This document shows positions 48,045 to 57,029 of a stretch of DNA of 64,000 bases, in pieces. This DNA comes from Verrucomicrobiota bacterium. Lineage in GTDB: Bacteria; Verrucomicrobiota; Verrucomicrobiia; Limisphaerales; UBA9464. The position numbers and the translations under genes are program-made. The number at the start of each line of letters is the position of its first letter. Position 1 is the first letter of the stretch. Under the pieces are notes generated by a model that saw only the letters and a list, made by a program, of their open reading frames with translations, was not told the origin of the DNA and ran no database searches. The stretch lies in the NCBI GenBank assembly GCA_008933025.1, contig WBXI01000001.1:8998-72997 (forward strand), written 5' to 3'.

Positions 48045-49607
48045 ATGACGCCCTTTCCTTTGATCACCTTCCTGACCCTGACCCCGGTGGTCGGCGCGTT
48101 GGTGCTGGCGCTGGCAGGCGGCCGGGACGCGCGCCGTTCGCGGAACATCGCGTTGGGCTTCTCGTTGTTGGCGTTTCTGGAAACGGCCTGGATGGTGGCG
48201 GGGTTCGACGGCAAATCCGCCGCCCTTCAGTTTGCCGAACACCACCCGTGGATCCCGTCGCTCGGCGCGGAGTACTTCGTGGCGGTGGACGGGCTGAGCA
48301 TCCTCATGGTGCTGCTGTCGGCGCTGCTGGTGCCGTTCGCCATCGGGGTCGGCCCGGGGAACGTCGACCGCCCCCATGCGTTCCACGCGCTGGTCCTGTT
48401 GCTCCAGGCCGGCCTGTTCGGCGCGTTCACCGCCCTCAATTTTTTCCACTGGTTTCTCTACTGGGAACTCTCGCTCGTCCCGGCCTATTTCCTGGTCAAG
48501 CTCTGGGGCGGCCCGGGACGGCGCGCGGCGGCCACCCAGTTCTTCGTCTACACGTTCGCCGGCAGCGTCGCGATGTTGCTCGCCATGCAGGCCGTGTTCC
48601 TCGCCACCGGCACGTTCGACTTGCCCGACCTCGCCAGACTCGCCCGCAGTGGCGAGCTCGCCCGCGGCCTCGGCACCAAACTCCATTGGACCGGCTTGGC
48701 GCCGGAGGCGCTCGGCATGCTCCTCTTCGCGGGCGTCTTCCTCGGACTGGCGGTGAAGGTACCGCTCATGCCCTTCCACACGTGGCTGCCCGGCACCTAT
48801 GCCGAGGCCCCCACCAACGTCACCATGCTGCTCACCGGTGCCCTGTCGAAAATGGGCATCTACGGCTTCCTGCGCATCCTCGCCCCGATCTTCCCATCCC
48901 AACTCCGGGATTCATTGGACCTGCTGACGGCGCTCGCGGTGCTCACCGTCGTCGCCTCCGCCTTCGCCGCCTTCGCCCAGAAGGATCTCAAGCGCCTGCT
49001 GGCCTATTCGTCCATCAACCATCTCGGTCTTTGCCTGCTGGGACTCTTTGCCGCCCTCCAACCGAAGGCGGCCGCCGCCGCCCACGGGTGGTCGATCGAA
49101 CGGGTCGCCGCACTCGACGGGGTCTTGCTCCAGGTCTTCAACCATGGCCTGACCGCGGCCGCCCTTTTCGGTTTCGTCGCGCTGATCGAGCGGCGCTCGG
49201 GTGGGTTGCGGGGCATCGGGGATTTCGGCGGACTCCGCGGCGTGGCCCCGGTATTCGCGGGGCTGATGGGCATCTCGATCTTCGCCTCGCTCGGCCTTCC
49301 CGGACTGAATGGGTTCGTCGGCGAATTCCTGGTTTTCAAGGGCGCCTTCCCGCTGGCACCCGTTGCCGCCTCGGTCTCCGCCCTCGGCCTGCTGCTGACC
49401 GCGATCTTCCTTCTCACGCTGGTCCAGCGCGTCTTCGCCGGAACGTTGAACGGCGCCTGGAAGGATTTTCCCGATCTGGGACGCGCGGAACTCGCCGTGT
49501 TTGCCCCGGCCGTCGCCCTGATGTTCGTCCTCGGGGTCGCGCCGCAACTGGCCTTGAACCTCGTCAACCCGACCGTCGTCGCGTTGGTGAATCGATTGGG
49601 CTTCTGA
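48045..49607 (+). CDS. nuoM: NADH-quinone oxidoreductase subunit M (copy 1)
   Basis: 520 aa. WIPSLGAEYFVAVDGLSILMVLLSALL..FHWFLYWELSLVPAYFLV..VKVPLMPFHTWLP. Confidence 0.9.
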   Translation: MTPFPLITFLTLTPVVGALVLALAGGRDARRSRNIALGFSLLAFLETAWMVAGFDGKSAALQFAEHHPWIPSLGAEYFVAVDGLSILMVLLSALLVPFAIGVGPGNVDRPHAFHALVLLLQAGLFGAFTALNFFHWFLYWELSLVPAYFLVKLWGGPGRRAAATQFFVYTFAGSVAMLLAMQAVFLATGTFDLPDLARLARSGELARGLGTKLHWTGLAPEALGMLLFAGVFLGLAVKVPLMPFHTWLPGTYAEAPTNVTMLLTGALSKMGIYGFLRILAPIFPSQLRDSLDLLTALAVLTVVASAFAAFAQKDLKRLLAYSSINHLGLCLLGLFAALQPKAAAAAHGWSIERVAALDGVLLQVFNHGLTAAALFGFVALIERRSGGLRGIGDFGGLRGVAPVFAGLMGISIFASLGLPGLNGFVGEFLVFKGAFPLAPVAASVSALGLLLTAIFLLTLVQRVFAGTLNGAWKDFPDLGRAELAVFAPAVALMFVLGVAPQLALNLVNPTVVALVNRLGF

Positions 49608-49611
49608 TCCC

Positions 49612-51105
49612 ATGCTTGCCTGGACCATCTATCTCTCCTTCGCCGCGGCCGCGGCGATGTTCCTGATCAAGCCGGACAACCGGCAAGGGGCACGCATGCT
49701 GGCCCTGGGCGCGGCCTTGGCCGGATTGGCGGTCGGCTTGATCGGCTCCGCCGGCCGTGGCGGCGGGTTCGCCGTGGCGACCCGATTGCCCTGGATTCCA
49801 ACGCTGGGCGCCCAATTCCTCCTCGCGTCCGACGGCATCAGCCGGGTCCTCGTCCTGCTCACCGGGTTGGCGGCGGTCGCCGGAATCCTATTCTCGTGGA
49901 ACGTGGAGCACCGGACCCGGGAATTCTTCGCCCTGTATCTCGCGCTGATCGGCGGCGTCTACGGGGTCTTCCTGAGCTTCGACCTGCTGTTGCTCTTCGT
50001 CTTCTACGAGATCGCCATCGTTCCCAAATACTTCCTCATCGCGATCTGGGGATCGGCCCGGCGCGAATACGCGGCGATGAAACTGGCGCTCTATTCGTTC
50101 GCCGGCAGCGCCATGGTCCTCGCGGGACTGATCGCCGCCCACGTGGAGAGCGGTTCGCATGGTTTCGATCTCGCCGAACTCGCGAGGTACCCGTTCCCTG
50201 CATCGTTCCAGCACTGGGCCTTCCCCCTCGTGTTCGTCGGCTTCGCCATCCTCGCCGGCCTGTGGCCTTTCCACACCTGGGCACCGACCGGCCATGCCGC
50301 GGCCCCGACCGCCGCCTCCATGCTGCTCGCCGGCGTGGTCATGAAACTCGGGGCCTACGGATGCCTCCGGGTGGCCATGACCCTGTTCCCGGAAGGCCTT
50401 GCGGCGTGGCGCCATTTCTTCGGCGCCCTCGCCGTCGCCGGCATCGTCCACGGGGCGCTCGTCGCCTTGTCCCAGCGCGATTTCAAATTCGTCGTCGGCT
50501 ATTCCAGCGTGAGCCACATGGGCTTCGTGCTCCTCGGCCTGATGACGGTTTCCACCATCGGCCTCGGCGGCGCCGTGCTGCAGATGTTCTCCCACGGCAT
50601 CATCGCCGGCCTTCTCTTCGGCGTCGTCGGCCGGATGGTCTACGACCGCGAACACACCCGTGACCTCGACGAACTCCGGACACGGCGGCTGGGACGACGG
50701 ATGCCGTTCGCCGCCGTCACCTTCGTCGTCGCCGCCCTCGCCTCGATGGGAATTCCCGGTTTCAGCGGCTTCGTCGCCGAATTCAAGGTGCTCGTCGGCG
50801 CGTGGCAAACATTCCCGAAGCTCGCCCTGCTGGCAGGGGTCGGCATCGTCCTCGGCGCCGCCTACACCCTGCGCGCGGTCCAGAAAGTCTTCTTCGACGG
50901 CGATCCCGAAGGCAGCCCGGATGGCACCGCCGGGGCGGACGGGACCACTCCATCGGTCGTTTCGCTCCCGGAAAAGATCGGGGCCTCGCTTCTGGTTGCC
51001 GCCACGGTCGCCGTTGGCCTCTGCCCGAAGCTCCTGCTGGATTGGATCACGCCGAGCTTCGCGTCGCCCCTCTTCGACGGTCTCCGGAAAGGAGGTGGCC
51101 TGTGA
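49612..51105 (+). CDS. second NuoM/ND4-family antiporter-like subunit (copy 2)
   Basis: 497 aa. WIPTLGAQFLLASDGISRVLVLLTGLA..LLFVFYEIAIVPKYFLI..LWPFHTWAP..YSSVSHMGFVLLG. These NuoM-type motifs are distinct from the NuoN ORF that follows. Confidence 0.85.
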   Translation: MLAWTIYLSFAAAAAMFLIKPDNRQGARMLALGAALAGLAVGLIGSAGRGGGFAVATRLPWIPTLGAQFLLASDGISRVLVLLTGLAAVAGILFSWNVEHRTREFFALYLALIGGVYGVFLSFDLLLLFVFYEIAIVPKYFLIAIWGSARREYAAMKLALYSFAGSAMVLAGLIAAHVESGSHGFDLAELARYPFPASFQHWAFPLVFVGFAILAGLWPFHTWAPTGHAAAPTAASMLLAGVVMKLGAYGCLRVAMTLFPEGLAAWRHFFGALAVAGIVHGALVALSQRDFKFVVGYSSVSHMGFVLLGLMTVSTIGLGGAVLQMFSHGIIAGLLFGVVGRMVYDREHTRDLDELRTRRLGRRMPFAAVTFVVAALASMGIPGFSGFVAEFKVLVGAWQTFPKLALLAGVGIVLGAAYTLRAVQKVFFDGDPEGSPDGTAGADGTTPSVVSLPEKIGASLLVAATVAVGLCPKLLLDWITPSFASPLFDGLRKGGGL

Positions 51106-52559
51106 ACGTGGACCACGCCCGGCTCTTGGGGTTGCTCGCACCGGAGTGTCTCGTCGTGTTCACAGCACTCGCGGCTTTGTTCGCGGACCTCCGTTTCTGG
51201 AAGCACCGGACCCCGGGGCAACGAAGCCATCGCACCGCCATCGTCCTGACACTCGGCTTCGGCGCCGCCGCGACGCTCCTCGGCCTGATGGGAAACACCA
51301 CCGCAAACCTGGCGGGCGGAACCCTCGTGCTCTCGCCGTTATCGCAGCACCTGAAAATCGTCCTGCTCCTGTTCGCCATCGTCACCGCTTGGCTCTGCAC
51401 GGAAACCCGCTTCACCCGGCACGTCGGCGAGTTCATGGCACTGCTGGGATTGGCCACCGCGGGGATGATGTTCCTCGTCGGGACGGAGAACCTGCTCATG
51501 GTCTTCGTCGCCCTGGAACTGGTCAGCCTGTCGCTCTACGCGATGACCGCCTTCGACAAGCGGAGCCCGCGTTCCGCCGAAGCGGCCCTCAGGTACTTCC
51601 TGTTCGGAGGCACCGCCGCCGCCTTCACCCTCTTCGGTTTCAGCCTTTTCTACGGCGTCGGCGGATCGATCCACCTCCCCACCCTCGCTGTCTCGATCGC
51701 CCGGCACGCCGGGGATCCCTTGGTGTTGGTGGCCATCGTCTTCGTCCTCGCCGGGTTCGGCTTCAAGATTGCCGCGGTTCCTTTCCATGCGTGGGCACCG
51801 GACGCCTACGAGGGAGCACCGGCACCGACCGCCGCGTTCATCGCCTCCGGTTCGAAAATCGCCGGGTTCCTGGTACTCGGGAAGTTGCTGCAGGTCGGCC
51901 TTCCCGCGGCGGCCGGCAGCGGTGCCTGGAAGGCATTTGCGCCCGGTTGGATGGCGGTCGTCGCCCTCCTTGCCGCGGCATCGATGGTGTTCGGAAACCT
52001 GGCCGCGCTGGCCCAGACCAACCTGCGCCGGTTGCTGGCCTATTCGGCCATCGCCCACGCGGGCTACGCGCTGCTCGCGCTCGTCGGCGGCTCGCAACCC
52101 GCTTTGCTCTATTTTGTCGTCACCTACGCGCTCGCCGTCGTCGGCATGTTCGGCGTGGTCGCCGTGGTCGAGAATCGTACCGGCAACGGATCGATCGCCG
52201 GCCTCGCGGGATTGCGCGAGCGTTCGCCGCTCCTCGCGGGCGTCACGACGGTGTTCCTGCTCTCGTTGGCCGGAATCCCGCCCCTCGCCGGGTTCCTGGG
52301 CAAGTTCCTCGCCTTCGTGGCCGCCGCCAAACAGGGAACCGCGCTGGGCTACGGATGGCTGGTGGCCCTGGCTCTCGGCATGAGTTGCGTGTCGCTTTAC
52401 TACTACCTGCAGGTTCTCAAGCAGGTTTGGGTGGTCCCGGCAGAAACCCGCGACCCGCTCCGCGGAGGAACCGTCGTCGGCGGCCTTTTGGCCGCCTTGG
52501 CAGTGGCCGTGGTCGTCGCCGGATGCATGCCGGAACCGCTGTTGGATTTCCTCCGGTGA
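51102..52559 (+). CDS. nuoN: NADH-quinone oxidoreductase subunit N
   Basis: 485 aa from the GTG at 51102 (GTGA overlap, GGAGG 8 nt upstream). NLLMVFVALELVSLSLYAM..FKIAAVPFHAWAPDAYEGAP..LLAYSAIAHAGY. Confidence 0.9.
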   Translation: MNVDHARLLGLLAPECLVVFTALAALFADLRFWKHRTPGQRSHRTAIVLTLGFGAAATLLGLMGNTTANLAGGTLVLSPLSQHLKIVLLLFAIVTAWLCTETRFTRHVGEFMALLGLATAGMMFLVGTENLLMVFVALELVSLSLYAMTAFDKRSPRSAEAALRYFLFGGTAAAFTLFGFSLFYGVGGSIHLPTLAVSIARHAGDPLVLVAIVFVLAGFGFKIAAVPFHAWAPDAYEGAPAPTAAFIASGSKIAGFLVLGKLLQVGLPAAAGSGAWKAFAPGWMAVVALLAAASMVFGNLAALAQTNLRRLLAYSAIAHAGYALLALVGGSQPALLYFVVTYALAVVGMFGVVAVVENRTGNGSIAGLAGLRERSPLLAGVTTVFLLSLAGIPPLAGFLGKFLAFVAAAKQGTALGYGWLVALALGMSCVSLYYYLQVLKQVWVVPAETRDPLRGGTVVGGLLAALAVAVVVAGCMPEPLLDFLR

Positions 52560-52579
52560 GGTTTCCCTGAAACGGGACG

Positions 52580-52642
52580 GAAGCCACCTTATATAACCCG
52601 TTTTGAACCGCGGGTTACCGGATATAGTTTCGGTGGTTTTCT
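52580..52642 (+). terminator. long imperfect hairpin plus T-run after nuoN (possible terminator or other RNA structure)
   Basis: GAAGCCACC-TTATAT-AACCCG / loop ttttgaaccg / CGGGTT-(accgg)-ATATAG-(tttc)-GGTGGTTTTC. Locally low GC. Begins 21 nt after the nuoN stop. Confidence 0.35.
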
Positions 52643-52675
52643 TGACCCTTTTGCCGCCGGGGCGAGCATTTCCCC

Positions 52676-53413
52676 ATGCTTGCTGCAATCGATCTGGCCC
52701 ACATCTACCAAGCCGTGACCATCGTTTCCTCGATCGTCAAGGACCACATCAACCCCACCTACAACCTCACCCTCGACCAGCACCAACTGACCACCGAGCA
52801 AATCCGCGGCGACTACCGGTATAGGTTCGCGCGGACCTACAAGGCGCCGGTGTCGGCCATCGTCGGCACGCCGGGCGCGGTCTTCTTGACGCGCTGGGAC
52901 TCCGCGACCCGGGAAGACGGCGGCGGCAAGTGGACCACCACCCGGGTGACCACCAGCGACGAACCCTTCGAGATCCTCGGGGTCGGCCGCCGGAACCAGA
53001 CTTGCGGCATCGCGATGCCCGACGGCGGACAGGTGAGCCTCGGCGTGTACGAGGACTTCATGCTGCGCCTCGGCGCGAGCATCGCGGAGCCGTCCGCCCT
53101 GCTTTCGACCTACGGGGGATACTGCCGGGTCGGCGTCGTGCATCCCGACAGCCATCCGGCTGTCTCTGCCTGCACCGGACGCCCCGACTTTACCGGGCCG
53201 AATGCCATCGCGAAAAGCGGCTTGAGCCTGCCGATGGACGGCCCGTTCCATCTCCGGCCCGCCGTTCGCAAACCCGGGAGTCAATTCAGCGCGGGTTCGT
53301 TCGTCGTCTTCCGGCCGTCCCGCGTGAATTGGGAATACTGGGACTCGGCGGCCGGGTTCGGCCCCGTCGTGCGGCACGAGGCCTATTGCCCCGCGCCGGC
53401 CCCCGGCCGTTGA
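52676..53413 (+). CDS. hypothetical protein A (no family recognised, no signal peptide/TM)
   Basis: 245 aa. Strong third-position GC bias and normal composition (Y/W/F/N/T present), whereas the antisense ORF 52589..53665 is Gly/Arg/Ala-rich shadow. Confidence 0.6.
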   Translation: MLAAIDLAHIYQAVTIVSSIVKDHINPTYNLTLDQHQLTTEQIRGDYRYRFARTYKAPVSAIVGTPGAVFLTRWDSATREDGGGKWTTTRVTTSDEPFEILGVGRRNQTCGIAMPDGGQVSLGVYEDFMLRLGASIAEPSALLSTYGGYCRVGVVHPDSHPAVSACTGRPDFTGPNAIAKSGLSLPMDGPFHLRPAVRKPGSQFSAGSFVVFRPSRVNWEYWDSAAGFGPVVRHEAYCPAPAPGR

Positions 53414-53448
53414 TGCCGCCACGACACATCCCACCGAAAGGTTCTCCC

Positions 53449-53940
53449 ATGTTCCCGAGGGGCTTCTGGCACGTCGTGCCATCCGGGATTTTCCTGCTGC
53501 TCGCGATCGCCCGGTGGCCTCGCGCCCATGTCCCGGTCGGACCGCATGCCGGCCCCCGGGCCGCCGATCCCCACGCAATGCCCGCACCGGGCCTAGGCAG
53601 GAACGGCGTCCCGGCGCCCGGCCTCGACCTTCCGGACACACCGACCCCGCCGCCCGATTCGGCAACCGTACCGGTTCTTGGGCCCGGTCTCCGCGGCGAC
53701 ATGGAATCCGTCTCGCTGGTCTGGGACGAGCTCAAGGCCACGGCGCCCCGGTTGAACGCCTGGGAATCCCGGGTCACGGCCTCCGTGCTCGCCAATCTAC
53801 TTCTGGACGCCGCGCATCAGGATGCCTTGTGGCGCGGCCGAATGCCCGATGCCGCCACGGCGCGCGAACAGTCGCTCGGTTTTCTGGAAGAATCCGGACG
53901 CGCGCGCCCTCGCCAGGGTCCAACCCCATTCCCCCGATGA
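53449..53940 (+). CDS. hypothetical single-pass membrane protein B
   Basis: 163 aa from the ATG at 53449. N-terminal hydrophobic segment VVPSGIFLLLAIARW, a Pro-rich linker, and a helical-looking C-terminus. Coding call rests on frame bias and ATGA coupling to the next ORF. Confidence 0.5.
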   Translation: MFPRGFWHVVPSGIFLLLAIARWPRAHVPVGPHAGPRAADPHAMPAPGLGRNGVPAPGLDLPDTPTPPPDSATVPVLGPGLRGDMESVSLVWDELKATAPRLNAWESRVTASVLANLLLDAAHQDALWRGRMPDAATAREQSLGFLEESGRARPRQGPTPFPR

Positions 53941-54665
53941 ATCCCGACGAAAGTTCCCGCCCGCATATGCGGGGCCGCTGGGTGGCGCTGGCCTGCTGTG
54001 CCGCCCTGTGGCTGGGCGTCGAATCGATCCGCACCCGCCGGTCACCACCCCCCGACAACCCGCCGATCGATCGCCCGCCCGGTCGGGCCGAGGTTTCGGA
54101 GGACCCATTGCAAGCATGGGTACGCCGGCCGACCGGGCTCCCCGCGCGGGTGGTTCGCGATTACAACCAGTCCACCGTCGCCGACATCGTCGCGTCCGCC
54201 GATCCCGCCGCTTTGGCCGTGCTCATGGCGGTAACCAACGCGCTGCCGCCGGGTTGGGAGGACGGCTTCGCCTTGCACGATTGCCTGGTGGCGGTCGCCG
54301 CACTCACGGACGTGGCCCGCCTCGAATCGCCAGCCCTCGTTGGCATCGACGACGCGTCGGCATCGGGACCCGATCCCGCGGCGACGTCCGGTCGCGAAGG
54401 AAGTTCCTGCCATGGGTTTCTTCGGGAATTCTTCGCGCGGTGGCTTGCCCGCAAGCATCCGGCCCTTGGCGAACACACCATCCGGAGGCTGCTCCTCGAA
54501 AACACGCTCGCGCAAAACCCCGCGCTGGGCGCCTACGATCTCATCCCGATCGAGGACTCCATCCGTTTGCTCGGGATTCCCGTTCCACCGGCATCCCCCC
54601 GCATCGCGATCGAGGTTCCGGAAGAGGTCCGGCACCGCTATCGGGCAACCCCGGGAACCCCCTGA
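53937..54665 (+). CDS. hypothetical single-pass membrane protein C
   Basis: 242 aa from the ATG at 53937 (ATGA overlap). N-terminal segment WVALACCAALWLGV and a Pro-rich linker, then a roughly 170 aa domain with no recognisable motif. Confidence 0.55.
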   Translation: MNPDESSRPHMRGRWVALACCAALWLGVESIRTRRSPPPDNPPIDRPPGRAEVSEDPLQAWVRRPTGLPARVVRDYNQSTVADIVASADPAALAVLMAVTNALPPGWEDGFALHDCLVAVAALTDVARLESPALVGIDDASASGPDPAATSGREGSSCHGFLREFFARWLARKHPALGEHTIRRLLLENTLAQNPALGAYDLIPIEDSIRLLGIPVPPASPRIAIEVPEEVRHRYRATPGTP

Positions 54666-54851
54666 GACCGGGCACGATGATGGCAACGAACCCGATTGTT
54701 CCGTGTTGACCCGGCCCAACCCGGGTCCATGCACAAGCCCGACAACCCACCGTTCCCGACGGGCAGAACGCTCGCTTGAGAGATTCGATGAAATCACCGG
54801 TTGACACATGGCCGTCCGTTTGATTCCTTTGTCGACCTTTCGAGAGGTCTT

Positions 54852-55163
54852 ATGTACGCAGTTTTGGAAACGGGTGGAAAGCAGTACCGCGTGACGGCAG
54901 GCGACACGCTGGAAATCGAACGCTTGCCGGTGGAAGCTGGCCAGACGTTCACGTTTGAGCGCGTCCTGCTCGTAAACCATGACGGCAAAGTGACCGTCGG
55001 CCAACCGGTTGTCGCCGGGGCAAAAGTTGTCGCCGACGTGGTGGCACACACTCGCGGCGACAAGAAGATCGCATTCAAGATGCGTCGCCGGAAGGGCTAT
55101 CACCGCACGGTCGGTCACCGTCAGGAGTTGACGGTCGTGAAGGTGAAAGAGATCAACGCTTAA
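54852..55163 (+). CDS. rplU: 50S ribosomal protein L21
   Basis: 103 aa: MYAVLETGGKQYRVTAGDTLEIE..KKIAFKMRRRKGYHRTVGHRQ. Confidence 0.95.
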   Translation: MYAVLETGGKQYRVTAGDTLEIERLPVEAGQTFTFERVLLVNHDGKVTVGQPVVAGAKVVADVVAHTRGDKKIAFKMRRRKGYHRTVGHRQELTVVKVKEINA

Positions 55164-55195
55164 CCGACACGGTCTTTCATTAGGATTTCAGGCTT

Positions 55196-55459
55196 ATGGC
55201 GCATAAAAAGGGTCAAGGCAGTTCCCGCAACGGACGCGACAGCGTCAGCAAGCGGCTCGGCGTGAAGGCGTTCGGCAGCGAGCTCGTCACTGCCGGCAGC
55301 ATCATCGTCCGCCAACGCGGATCCAAGTTCGTGGCCGGCCAGAACGTGGGCGTCGGTCGCGACTGGACGCTCTTCGCGCTCATCGATGGTCACGTGAAGT
55401 TCGACCGCGAGGGCCGCCGGGTGAACATTCTCCCGCTCCCCGTGGCCGCGGCCAACTAG
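55196..55459 (+). CDS. rpmA: 50S ribosomal protein L27
   Basis: 87 aa: [52 protein letters not shown]. Confidence 0.97.
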   Translation: MAHKKGQGSSRNGRDSVSKRLGVKAFGSELVTAGSIIVRQRGSKFVAGQNVGVGRDWTLFALIDGHVKFDREGRRVNILPLPVAAAN

Positions 55460-55477
55460 CCGTCCGCCAATATTTCC

Positions 55478-55510
55478 GGGGCGAGGCCGCCGGCCTCGCC
55501 CCTTTTTCTT
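55478..55510 (+). terminator. intrinsic terminator between rpmA and obg
   Basis: GGGGCGAGGCC-gcc-GGCCTCGCCCC followed by TTTTTCTTTC. The obg ATG lies 10 nt after the T-run. Confidence 0.75.
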
Positions 55511-55519
55511 TCTACCCAT

Positions 55520-56716
55520 ATGTTCGTCGACGAGGTCAAGGTCTACGCCCAAGCAGGACACGGCGGCAAAGGCGCCATTGCGTTCCGCCGCGAGGCCTAT
55601 ATCGCCAAGGGCGGACCCGAAGGCGGCAATGGCGGGCGAGGCGGCAACGTCATCCTCGAGGCCAGCCACGACCTCAACAACCTCATCGAGCAGTTCTTCA
55701 ACCCGCGCCTCGTCGCCCCCAGGGGCGAGGGTGGCATGGGCAAGGGCATGGATGGCAAAGCCGGCAAGGACATCATCATCAAGGTCCCCTGCGGCACCAT
55801 GGTTTGGCGCCTCAAGGACACCACGCCCCGCCCCGAGGACGATCTTGAGGAGGAAGAGGAAGAAGAAGCTTCCACCCCGCCCCAACTGGCCTCTTCCACC
55901 GGACGTCGCCCCGTCATCCGCTCTTCCGGCGGTGTACGCGCGATGGAAATCAACCTGGCTGCCGACGAGGCGGCGAAAACGGAAGATGCCCTCGACGCCA
56001 GCAAGGGCGAGTTGGTCTGCGATCTGACCGAGCACGGTCAACGCTTCATCCTCTGCCAAGGCGGGCGCGGAGGGCTCGGCAACCGCAATTTCGCGACCAG
56101 CCGACACCAATCCCCGCGATTCGCCCAACCCGGCGAACATGGTACCGAGGGGCATTACCTCTTCGAACTCCGCATCATCGCCGACGTCGGTTTCGTGGGG
56201 TATCCAAACGCGGGCAAGTCCACCCTCCTCAAGGCGATTTCCCACGCCCGACCCAAGATCGCGCCGTATCCGTTCACCACGCTGCATCCGCAGATCGGCA
56301 TCGTCGAATACCCCGACTTCGCGCGCCTGACGGCCTGCGACGTGCCCGGCCTCATCGAAGGGGCCCACAAGAACGTTGGGCTCGGCCACGAGTTCCTTCG
56401 CCACCTCCGCCGCTGCAGGGTCCTCGTCGTCGTGATCGACATGGCCGGATCCGATGCCCGCGAACCGTGGGAGGATTACCGGCATCTCGTCCGGGAACTC
56501 GAACTCTACGATCCCACTTTGTTGGAACGCCCGCGAATGATCGTTGCCAACAAGATGGACGAGCCCGCCGCCGAGGCGAACCTCAAGGCGTTCAAGCGCA
56601 AGATCCGCAAGACTCCCGTCTTGCCCATGGCCGCCGCTTTCGACCAAGGCATCGAACCTTTCCGCGCCGCCATCCGCGAGGCCGTCGAAACAACCGGCAA
56701 AAAGCTCATCCACTGA
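55520..56716 (+). CDS. obg: GTPase Obg/CgtA with an acidic insertion in the N-terminal Obg fold
   Basis: 398 aa. MFVDEVKVYAQAGHGGKGAIAFRRE..GGNGGRGG..GGRGGLGN..DVGFVGYPNAGKSTLL..DVPGLIEGAH. Confidence 0.95.
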   Translation: MFVDEVKVYAQAGHGGKGAIAFRREAYIAKGGPEGGNGGRGGNVILEASHDLNNLIEQFFNPRLVAPRGEGGMGKGMDGKAGKDIIIKVPCGTMVWRLKDTTPRPEDDLEEEEEEEASTPPQLASSTGRRPVIRSSGGVRAMEINLAADEAAKTEDALDASKGELVCDLTEHGQRFILCQGGRGGLGNRNFATSRHQSPRFAQPGEHGTEGHYLFELRIIADVGFVGYPNAGKSTLLKAISHARPKIAPYPFTTLHPQIGIVEYPDFARLTACDVPGLIEGAHKNVGLGHEFLRHLRRCRVLVVVIDMAGSDAREPWEDYRHLVRELELYDPTLLERPRMIVANKMDEPAAEANLKAFKRKIRKTPVLPMAAAFDQGIEPFRAAIREAVETTGKKLIH

Positions 56717-56774
56717 CGTTGCCAGGCACCAGCGCCAACCGGATCGGTCCCCGTGACCCGTATTTTCCGGCAAA

Positions 56775-57011
56775 GTGCCTCCGATTCGCATGCCCCCGAA
56801 CCAGGAATCGATCCAGATATCCGGCAAGGTCACCGAAGTGCTTCCGGACACCACCCTGCGCGTGCAGTTGTCCAACGGACATGTGGTCCTCGGACACGTT
56901 TCCAAGAAACTTCGCGTGGATGGCGTTCGCTTCGATGTCGGCGACAACGTCCAGCTGGAGCTCTCGCCTTTCGACCTGAGCCGCGCCCGGGTCCTCGTTC
57001 GCCTGCCCTGA
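56775..57011 (+). CDS. infA: translation initiation factor IF-1
   Basis: 78 aa. I.ISGKVTEVLPDTTLRVQLSNGHVVLGHVSKKLR...VRFDVGDNVQLELSPFDLSRARV. The start may be the ATG at 56790. Confidence 0.85.
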   Translation: MPPIRMPPNQESIQISGKVTEVLPDTTLRVQLSNGHVVLGHVSKKLRVDGVRFDVGDNVQLELSPFDLSRARVLVRLP

Positions 57012-57029
57012 CCTGCCACCGCTCCGCGC

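Noticed and set aside
54801-54851. TTG-initiated 17-codon extension of rplU, and a TTGACA at 54801 as an rplU promoter
   Set aside because: The L21 N-terminus MYAVLETGGKQY starts at 54852. The hexamer has no acceptable -10 partner (TTCCTT/ATTCCT), so it was not reported as a feature.
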